From assembly GCA_043820285.1 (NCBI GenBank), contig JBDRDX010000047.1, forward strand, positions 1 through 56,233: a stretch of 56,233 nucleotides of DNA, in the 5' to 3' direction. The translations under genes were made by a program, and so were the position numbers. The notes below the pieces were generated by a model that made no database searches, was not told the DNA's origin, and saw only the letters and a list, made by a program, of their open reading frames with translations. Shown in pieces: positions 49,244 to 56,233 of this stretch; the first letter of the stretch is position 1, and every line of letters begins with the position of its first letter. Source of the stretch: Patescibacteria group bacterium (GTDB lineage: Bacteria; Patescibacteriota; Gracilibacteria; UBA1369; JAHKBB01).

Positions 49244-50542
49244 CTAGTCTTTCCAGTTAAATCCCTCCTTTAGCGCCTGTTCTTTTGTGAGCGGGTAATA
49301 GATATGAGCTGTTGATTCGTTGTAGCCAAAGCAGGACAGGTCTGGCGGCAGAAATTGGCCGTATTCGCCGGTTTTCTTCATCTGTTCGATGATACGACCG
49401 CGCATTTGTTTATAGTCTTCGCGAGAATACTGCTTGTTTAGGATGCAGTATTTTTTGTGGCGCAGGCTGACACAGCCAAAAAGATGGGAAGAGCTTATGG
49501 CATGATCGCTGTAGTCTATGTCCGATGCATATATTATGAAGAATGAGTGTTTGCAATTGAATGCGCTCAGCATTGACTGCATGTTGTAGCCCATAACACT
49601 CGCGTGTCCGAGAAGGCCGGAATTGTAGCAGTCTTTGCATTTCGGAGAAGCGTATATGATGTCTTTCATGTCCTCGCATTCTGCGGCGTCAAAGCAGTTT
49701 ATACAGTTTTTGCAGTTTTTCAGGTAGTCACCTGTGCAATTTTCACAATTTATCTGGTGAGCGAACTTGACGATTCTTTTTTCGCGAATTTCAAGGAATT
49801 TTTCGTAGGCCTTTTCGCGGTCTTTCAGTATTTCTTTTTTGCGTGCGGGATATTTCTCTTTTGTCAGCTTTTTGTTTTCGATGTAGTAGGATTGGTTAAT
49901 TAAATTGGTGCAAAAAATACATTCCCGGCACCCGATACAGTCCGCGATGTAATTGCAGTCGGTACATTCCTTGCAGTCTGTCGCAAAATTGCAATTGTAG
50001 CACCTTATACAATCCGAAATTTCATAACAGACCTCGCAGTAGTTGCTGTAGTCGCAGTCTGCGACGTCCCGATTTTCCATGCAGAGTGTTCCGTACATTG
50101 AATCCTCGTTAAAATCGCCGCCAAAAATCAAATAGCAATTTTTATTTCCCATTGTCATGTTGCAGTAGTCGCTGTTTATTCCGCGAAAGTTTGATAAGGC
50201 GAGGCGGGGGACTTCAAGCTGGAGTTCTTTGAATTGCTCAAAGAATGGACGGTCAAAATCAAAATCTCCGCCGTATTCGAGCGGATCCCATTTATCGCTG
50301 TACCAATAGTCGCTTTTGCAGACTTTATAAGGTTTGTCCGGCGAATATATAGAAATTATCTCCTCTCCCGTCGCATCGCATTTCCTTTTGTAAAGCGAGC
50401 GCTCGTTCCGGAAGCAGAGCCGGCGTTTTTGGGAACACTCAAAACACAGACCCTGTGGCTCTTCGTTGAATTTTTTGTACCAGGCAAGATCTTCGTTCGT
50501 GAGTTCAAAATCGTTGCTGCAGACTTTACACGTTTCTATCAC
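49244..50542 (-). CDS. Cys-rich CPR-type hypothetical protein, paralog of 50615-52261, C-terminally shorter
   Basis: CxxC...RNERSLYKRKCD..G..IISIYSPDK, W.SDKWDP, CxxC repeats, ILNKQYS, GEYGQF.P, YNESTA. Confidence 0.85.
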   Translation of the reverse strand: MIETCKVCSNDFELTNEDLAWYKKFNEEPQGLCFECSQKRRLCFRNERSLYKRKCDATGEEIISIYSPDKPYKVCKSDYWYSDKWDPLEYGGDFDFDRPFFEQFKELQLEVPRLALSNFRGINSDYCNMTMGNKNCYLIFGGDFNEDSMYGTLCMENRDVADCDYSNYCEVCYEISDCIRCYNCNFATDCKECTDCNYIADCIGCRECIFCTNLINQSYYIENKKLTKEKYPARKKEILKDREKAYEKFLEIREKRIVKFAHQINCENCTGDYLKNCKNCINCFDAAECEDMKDIIYASPKCKDCYNSGLLGHASVMGYNMQSMLSAFNCKHSFFIIYASDIDYSDHAISSSHLFGCVSLRHKKYCILNKQYSREDYKQMRGRIIEQMKKTGEYGQFLPPDLSCFGYNESTAHIYYPLTKEQALKEGFNWKD

Positions 50543-50614
50543 GACTTTATTATAGTCTTAGCCAAACGTTTTCGCGATCCAATCTCCTCGCCGAACGTGT
50601 CATTGTTAAGAACG

Positions 50615-52261
50615 CTAGAAAACTTCTTTGAGATAGCATTCTTCACACAACACCGGCTCTGGTCTGTTCCCTGCGTATGAAGTTTTTATGTCAGTATTAC
50701 ACTTGCTGCATTTGCGATCGAATATTTTTCGTTTGTTTCGAAGGGCGATTCTGTCCGCATGTCTGCAGTTGAAACATTTGCGGGGGATCGGGACTCCGAT
50801 TTTTTTGTAATGTCTTAATTCCTGTTCCGTGATTTTGTAGTTTTTGCCACAACATGTGCACGCGAGGATTTCTTTTGTGATTTTGTTCGGAACATCTTTT
50901 ATATCTTCCGGGATTTCGTATGATTGCTTCTGGTATTCTCGTTCATCTTTGTCTTGCCACTTATATCCTTTCGCTAAAGCGCTTTCTTTTGTTAGAGGAT
51001 AATATTCTTGAGCTACGGTTTCGTTGTATCCCCATGGGGAAATTTCGATTGGGAAGAATTCGCCGTACTCCCCGGTTTCTTTCATGTGTGCGATTATTTT
51101 TTCTTTCAGCGATTCGTATTCCTCAGGCGAATATTGTTTGTTTAATATACAATGTTTCTTCTTTCTGAGCGCAATACAGCCGAACAAATCTTCGTTGCCG
51201 AGACAGAGGTCGCAATATGTTAGGTTCTTGTTGCCATCCCAGCAATTCATTGAGAATTTACAGTTAAAAAGATTGTGCGCACAACTACTCATTTCATAGC
51301 AAAGGGAAGAGTCTACTCCGACAAAGTCCCAATCGTAGCAATCTTGGAGTTTGTGACAGTGAGTTATGTATTTTGTGTCGTATAGATCGAAACAGTCGAA
51401 GCAGTGCTGAGCATTTTTCGAAGATTTCAAATAGTCGCCGAGACAATCTTCACATTGAACAACTTCTAGATACTTTCGAGGTTGAGATTGGAGAAAATCC
51501 TTGTATTTGAACCACGCTCTTTCGACTCCTTTTGAAGATGTTAGCTGAAGATTTTCTAAAAATTTGCCGTACTCTTCTTTCTCAACTCTTTTATTTAGAA
51601 TGTGATGAGTTTTGTTGCTTAAATTTGCACAGAAAATGCAGTTATGACATCCGCGCATGTTGTAACAAAAGTTCAGATTGCTTGAGTTGTAGCATTTTTG
51701 TGAGTAATGGGCCGCGTTGCATCCGTACACGTCCACGGTTTCATAGCAGAATGTATTGTTCCAAGAAAATGCCATATCGCATGAGTGTACATTACTATCC
51801 GCAAAGCGTGAATAGTAGCAATCTTCGTTGAAGTCGGCAGTAAATACGAGGTATGAGGACTTGTTTCGGAACGCATAGTTTGCATATTCGCTGTTGATAT
51901 TCCCGATTGAGTTTAGTCCCATCCTAGGAACTTTTAATTGGAGTTCTTTGAATTGTTCAAAGAATGGTCTTTTGAGATCAAAATCTTGTCCGTGGTCCAT
52001 CGGGTCCCATTTGTCACTCCACCATACGTCCGGATGATATACTTTGTATGGTTTATCCGGAGAAAACATGGAGATCATTATTTTCCCCGAGTGGTCGCAT
52101 TTGCGTTGATACAGAGATACGTCGTTTCGGATGGCAAGCCTTCGTTGTCTGCGGCAGTCCGGACAGCGAGTCGGAGTTGGGGACTCTACTTTTTCGTAAA
52201 ATTTCAGATCTTCGTCTGTTATTTCAAAGGGTGTGCCGCATTTTTTGCAGTCCCGATTCAT
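50615..52261 (-). CDS. Cys-rich CPR-type hypothetical protein with C-terminal Zn-ribbons
   Basis: Same motifs as its neighbour, plus CTCCGKNYKI...PRKCFNCRH and CSKC...CEECY. Confidence 0.88.
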   Translation of the reverse strand: MNRDCKKCGTPFEITDEDLKFYEKVESPTPTRCPDCRRQRRLAIRNDVSLYQRKCDHSGKIMISMFSPDKPYKVYHPDVWWSDKWDPMDHGQDFDLKRPFFEQFKELQLKVPRMGLNSIGNINSEYANYAFRNKSSYLVFTADFNEDCYYSRFADSNVHSCDMAFSWNNTFCYETVDVYGCNAAHYSQKCYNSSNLNFCYNMRGCHNCIFCANLSNKTHHILNKRVEKEEYGKFLENLQLTSSKGVERAWFKYKDFLQSQPRKYLEVVQCEDCLGDYLKSSKNAQHCFDCFDLYDTKYITHCHKLQDCYDWDFVGVDSSLCYEMSSCAHNLFNCKFSMNCWDGNKNLTYCDLCLGNEDLFGCIALRKKKHCILNKQYSPEEYESLKEKIIAHMKETGEYGEFFPIEISPWGYNETVAQEYYPLTKESALAKGYKWQDKDEREYQKQSYEIPEDIKDVPNKITKEILACTCCGKNYKITEQELRHYKKIGVPIPRKCFNCRHADRIALRNKRKIFDRKCSKCNTDIKTSYAGNRPEPVLCEECYLKEVF

Positions 52262-52653
52262 CGGTAATAAGTTAGCACGAGATCAAAGATTATTGCCAAT
52301 CCCGAAAGAATGAAAATTATGTAGTAATTGTAATTTTCCCTGGATTTTTTAATGGAAGATACAAGATAGAGGAGCGCTTCTCTTTGATCGTCCGAAAGTT
52401 TTTCCTTGCTTTCCAGGCTTTTTACGAGTTTGTATTTCTTTACAATTTCTTTTCTGCGTTTTGATATCCAATATCTGTACAGGAAGAAAAAGAAGTATCC
52501 GATTACGCCGATGTACCAGATCGGGCGCGCAATGTGTTCATAATCGTCTTTGAAGAATATTACTATTCTGAATGAGATCGCGGAAACAACTCCAAGAACG
52601 AAGAAAAAATATACCACCCAAAGCGGAACTGTGCGGAATTCTTTTTGATTCAT
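52258..52653 (-). CDS. hypothetical membrane protein (3 TM)
   Basis: Three hydrophobic stretches; ATGA overlap with the downstream gene. Confidence 0.75.
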   Translation of the reverse strand: MNQKEFRTVPLWVVYFFFVLGVVSAISFRIVIFFKDDYEHIARPIWYIGVIGYFFFFLYRYWISKRRKEIVKKYKLVKSLESKEKLSDDQREALLYLVSSIKKSRENYNYYIIFILSGLAIIFDLVLTYYR

Positions 52654-52705
52654 TGAAGATGCTTAAGCGGCTTAAGTATAACAGGTTGACTGGTGTTGGT
52701 GAAAT

Positions 52706-53221
52706 TTATTGGTCCCCCCGCGTTGATTGTTCAACACGTTCTCTGACTTCTTGGAGATATGCTTCAAACTGTTTTCCGTCCAACCCTATTCTGTCATCGA
52801 GTTGTTTTAGAAAGCAGTCTGCAGTTTCTTGAAAATCTCCTAATGTTTTGATAAGACCGATTTTAACTCCTCTTAGCAAAGCTTGAACGAACTGAAGGCT
52901 TCCTGATTGAAGTTTATATACCGCTTCGAATCTGGGAAGTAGTATGTCTGACAAGTCTATGAAATCTTGTGGTGTTTTACAGAGTTGTACCAATGCGTTT
53001 TGTTTCCCCCCTTCCCCGCTAGGCGTTTCGCCGTCTTTTTTGTCGGGAAATGAATACAATAGTATAAAATTTAAATAAACATGATATCCGCCGGCTGTGT
53101 CCCATGCTTGAGATATTTCCTCAAAGGTTCTTGAGTACGTTTCCGGATCAAGTCCAAGCCTGTTACAAGCTTCTAAGCTGTTCTTAGCATGCTGATATGG
53201 TTTGGTATCTGGTGTGTTCAT
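52706..53221 (-). CDS. hypothetical protein
   Basis: ORF; ATG at 53221 chosen to avoid overlap with the upstream gene. Confidence 0.6.
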   Translation of the reverse strand: MNTPDTKPYQHAKNSLEACNRLGLDPETYSRTFEEISQAWDTAGGYHVYLNFILLYSFPDKKDGETPSGEGGKQNALVQLCKTPQDFIDLSDILLPRFEAVYKLQSGSLQFVQALLRGVKIGLIKTLGDFQETADCFLKQLDDRIGLDGKQFEAYLQEVRERVEQSTRGDQ

Positions 53222-53240
53222 TTTTAATGCGTTAAATTTA

Positions 53241-53729
53241 TTAAGGCGTTTCTTCCTGTGTTGCCTGTTCCTGGTCTGCAAGTGCTTTTAACAGGAGTTC
53301 TCTTTTTTGACCGAACATGACGACGTATTCCGCGAAATCTTCCAGATCGTCTTCTGTTATTTTTCCTTCCGCTTTCAATTTCGAGAATTTGTTCATAAAT
53401 GGATTAAGGTATCCTTCTGCTTGCTCGAGGGTTTCCATGTCAAAATTCCCTCCTTTTTTATACCGCTCATATTTCGCGAAGAATATTTCCAGTAATCTTT
53501 TCACAAAATCCCACCTATTTTTTAGTAATTGAACGTCATCCACCTGTTCGGTTGGAGCTTCGTTCAGCTCGATTGGTGCGCCCGCGCAAGAAGCCATGGT
53601 AAATGCCGCAAGGGTTGCCATTAGTAAGCTCCTTATCCTTCTCGTCGTACTGCGTAATGCTTCAAAGCCGCCCCGATGGGTTTCGGTTTCCGTGTGTTTT
53701 GGGATGGACGGGTATACTTCAGTGTCCAC
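53241..53729 (-). CDS. hypothetical protein, possible lipoprotein
   Basis: Basic RRIR, hydrophobic LLMATLAAFT and lipobox-like MASC. Confidence 0.6.
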   Translation of the reverse strand: MDTEVYPSIPKHTETETHRGGFEALRSTTRRIRSLLMATLAAFTMASCAGAPIELNEAPTEQVDDVQLLKNRWDFVKRLLEIFFAKYERYKKGGNFDMETLEQAEGYLNPFMNKFSKLKAEGKITEDDLEDFAEYVVMFGQKRELLLKALADQEQATQEETP

Positions 53730-53847
53730 AATTTATACGTTAAATGCAGGGGGTAATTGTCATGCTTATGCGAGAAGATGTCAATAGCTGTTTTTTATGT
53801 AGCGTTTAGGTGTATCTGAAGTCCCGCTTTTATAAAATCCTAACCCT

Positions 53848-54231
53848 TCAAAAGCTGAATTGGAGGAAATCGATTATATATGGAATAAAAATCAGCAAGC
53901 CCGCAATGATAGATAATATAGTCGCCATCAATACCGCTCCGGCAAGTATATCCTTTGCCACTCCGTATTTCCTTTTTGTTTCGCCGTTCGATATTGCGTC
54001 AATCGTTCTTTCGATGGAGGTATTTATCATTTCCAGAATAATGACGAAGAAGCAGATGAAAACGACAATTATCAATTCGTGTTTTTTGATATTTAAAAGA
54101 TATGCCAACAGTATTACCGCAAGTCCGATAATAAGCATAATTTTAATATTTCTTTGCTCGTGGAATGAGTGAAATATCCCGTTGAAGGCGTGCTTGAAGC
54201 TGTTTGCGAATTCTTTTAATTTATTTCTCAT
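53848..54231 (-). CDS. dgkA: diacylglycerol/undecaprenol kinase family protein (DgkA-like)
   Basis: SFKHAFNGI..., EMINTSIERTID, AKDILAGAVL; 3 TM. Confidence 0.88.
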   Translation of the reverse strand: MRNKLKEFANSFKHAFNGIFHSFHEQRNIKIMLIIGLAVILLAYLLNIKKHELIIVVFICFFVIILEMINTSIERTIDAISNGETKRKYGVAKDILAGAVLMATILSIIAGLLIFIPYIIDFLQFSF

Positions 54232-54293
54232 TTGTTTGAGTTGGGGGGAGGTACAATGGGGCGGGATGACTGAACAAAACCGCTTATATCTTA

Positions 54294-54656
54294 TTAGGTC
54301 TTATCTATCTCTTTGTTTTTCAAATTCAGACCCTTGTAGGCTGTGCTTAGTGAGACGCTTATGCTTGAAACAAACACTGCAATTATAATGAATATAGAGC
54401 TTCTTAACAGATCATTCAGTATCGATATTTCTTGTCGAAGTATTAAATGAGAGGTTATTAAGATTATTCCAAGAAGTAGAGCAATTATTATTCCCTTTCT
54501 TTGCCACCAAATGCAGGAAAGAATAATGGGGATGTAAAACAAATGTGTATAAACTTCCCCGATACCAATCATTTGAAAATAAAAGGCCATGAACGCGCAA
54601 AAGGCGACCAAAGCCGAAACTATCGTTATCTGTTTTTTAAGGTGTGGAGTTTTCAT
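54294..54656 (-). CDS. small membrane protein resembling a histidine-kinase N-terminal membrane sensor
   Basis: 4 TM; YTHLFYIPIILSCIWW..KG pattern; no kinase domain follows. Confidence 0.6.
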   Translation of the reverse strand: MKTPHLKKQITIVSALVAFCAFMAFYFQMIGIGEVYTHLFYIPIILSCIWWQRKGIIIALLLGIILITSHLILRQEISILNDLLRSSIFIIIAVFVSSISVSLSTAYKGLNLKNKEIDKT

Positions 54657-54721
54657 AGTGCTACTTGCAGTATTTACTTTTTTCGTAAGTATTTCAATGT
54701 TAATTTTTGTCGCGGGGGTAC

Positions 54722-54750
54722 TTGATTTTGTTTTGGGAATGTGGTATTAT
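54722..54750 (+). promoter_or_regulatory. putative sigma70 promoter with no downstream ORF
   Basis: TTGATT-17nt-TATTAT with extended -10 TG. Confidence 0.55.
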
Positions 54751-54755
54751 GTACA

Positions 54756-55047
54756 TGGTGATCTTTGAAAAATACATGAAACTTGGGGCGCGAGTGGTGA
54801 TAAAAATATTTATCGCTAGTTGGGCCTCAAGTTTTGAATAGCAATAATAGGCCTGGTTGTAGACTTTCCCAAAAGTTTATGGTCACTGTCAACTCGTTCT
54901 AAGCGGGCTTGGTGTTTAGGGAGAAGTGACAGACAGATTGCAAGTTAAGGCAACTTGATTTGCAGGGGATTGGCTCAGTGATGTGTTGATTTCTACTTTA
55001 ATCTCTCATCTGCTGCTGAAACTACTATTTGAAACTTGGGGCTTTTT
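54756..55047 (+). ncRNA. candidate structured non-coding RNA of unknown family
   Basis: 18-bp closing stem (54824-54841/55025-55042) with G-U pairs, followed by a T-tract; 11-bp GCAA-tetraloop hairpin at 54939-54964; no annotated ORF. Confidence 0.5.
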
Positions 55048-55065
55048 ATTATGGCGTACAACTAT

Positions 55066-55284
55066 TTAACCTTGCAGAAGTCGTTTTATCCGTTGATTAA
55101 ATTTTTCTCGCGGCCCTTTGAAGCATCTGATAGCATCCAAAATAAGACTATGTTTGTCATCCGGCACATTTAGATCTATGCGTGTCCACATACCTTCAGA
55201 CTCGCGTTCATCTTCTTTTAAAGAAGGATAATATTCTGTATTTGATGCGTCGTCCGGTCCATGCTGATAGACTATTATTTCCAT
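55066..55284 (-). CDS. hypothetical protein (72 aa)
   Basis: ATG-started ORF after an AT-rich upstream region. Confidence 0.5.
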   Translation of the reverse strand: MEIIVYQHGPDDASNTEYYPSLKEDERESEGMWTRIDLNVPDDKHSLILDAIRCFKGPREKFNQRIKRLLQG

Positions 55285-55437
55285 ATTTTATATATTTATT
55301 ATATTTACAGGTATCTTAAACAAATTTTCAATTTTACACAACATCCCGAGCGTTAGCGAAGCCAAGCTGGATACGTGTCTGTTGTGCGAGCGCGGTGGCA
55401 CCGAGTGAGCGATAGAGAGCGGGAGTTGCGAGGACGC

Positions 55438-55914
55438 CTAGTCAAATGTCGAACCAACCCAATCACCAACATAATGCGTTATAACTATAACTACTAGCGC
55501 AATAGTCAAATGTTCCATCACCACTTTCCAAGGTTTTGTTTTCTGCCCTTTGGCAATATGGAAACTGAAAATACCCAGCAAAGATAAGCCGCAGATTATA
55601 CTTACTATAATCGCTGTTGACAGTTGAAGCAGCAGAAGGGGAACGATAAATATCAATGCAAAGGTAAATTTGGACAAAAAAGTGGAGATTGTCGATTCCC
55701 AGATCTCTTTCGTGGTGTGCTTATTCTCTGACTCTTCCGAAATATGTATACCCAACGCGTCTGAGAACGCATCCGCTATTGCTATTGTCAATATGCCACC
55801 AATAACCACGAGTTTTGAGTGAGTTCCGGAATGCAAACCTACCATTAATCCAAGTGTTGTGATTATCCCGGAGGTCAAACCAAAACTAAGCCCTGTTTTT
55901 AGTGAATGTTTCAT
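55438..55914 (-). CDS. VIT1/CCC1-like membrane protein
   Basis: GLTSGIITTLGLMVGL, IAIADAFSDALGIHISEES; about 5 TM. Confidence 0.8.
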   Translation of the reverse strand: MKHSLKTGLSFGLTSGIITTLGLMVGLHSGTHSKLVVIGGILTIAIADAFSDALGIHISEESENKHTTKEIWESTISTFLSKFTFALIFIVPLLLLQLSTAIIVSIICGLSLLGIFSFHIAKGQKTKPWKVVMEHLTIALVVIVITHYVGDWVGSTFD

Positions 55915-55992
55915 TACAATTCTGTTAAGCTTATCTTGTTAAGAATATCATTTTCTTTTAGGCGTGCAATGTGAATTTTTGCTACCTTGCCT

Positions 55993-56214
55993 TCAAAGAT
56001 AGCTTAAATTGATAAACTTCCTCGGCATCAAAACCGGTGGCTTCTTTGAATAGTCGAGCGGCTTCTGCCAGACGCGGGGGTGACTCCGGTGACGGATTAT
56101 TTCTATAATGGTAATAATTGTTCCAAGGAACTCTTGCAGCTTCCGGTATCTTTTCTTTAACCGTCCAATATATGCCGCCAATTTCAGCAAACCAAGTACT
56201 CCAAACATCTTCAT
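55993..56214 (-). CDS. hypothetical protein (73 aa)
   Basis: Short ORF, no recognised motif. Confidence 0.35.
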   Translation of the reverse strand: MKMFGVLGLLKLAAYIGRLKKRYRKLQEFLGTIITIIEIIRHRSHPRVWQKPLDYSKKPPVLMPRKFINLSYL

Positions 56215-56233
56215 TTATTTGAGGGGTTGAACC

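Noticed and set aside
54756-55047. tmRNA, RNase P, SRP or tRNA identity for the structured region
   Set aside because: No tRNA-like ends or T-loop/CCA, no RNase P GAGGAAAGTCC-type core, and no SRP helix-8 motif recognised
1-56233. Alternative genetic code 25 (TGA = Gly)
   Set aside because: Conserved genes translate full length in code 11 and several end at TGA at the expected position

Overview
Core translation and transcription cluster of a Candidate Phyla Radiation (Patescibacteria) bacterium. The CPR call rests on uL30 missing between rpsE and rplO and on Cys-rich CPR-type proteins. TGA is used as a stop (code 11) and a pyrF fragment is present, which fits Peregrinibacteria; this taxonomy is inference. 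Almost everything is on the minus strand: serS, rpoB-ssb-Ca/Na antiporter-rpoC, rpsL-rpsG-fusA-tuf-rpsJ, a 3268-aa surface protein, then the S10/spc/alpha clusters, rplM-rpsI, trmD, a P-type ATPase and rsmA. A small accessory region lies at the right end. The most unusual signals are non-coding. (1) A modular family of GC-rich hairpins with purine-rich (G.A) internal loops and compensatory base changes sits at the 3' end of 11 ribosomal-protein/RNAP genes. It supplies stop codons, is translated in frame in uS5, and is expanded into a 7-unit tandem array after rplW. (2) A repeated 5' motif encodes an MKKLIHN mini-ORF next to the start codons of rpsD, rpsM, rpsN and rpsC, with a degenerate copy before rplN. 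(3) A promoter-driven, ~290-nt structured non-coding RNA candidate lies at 54.75-55.05 kb. No tRNA, rRNA, CRISPR array or transposase was recognised.
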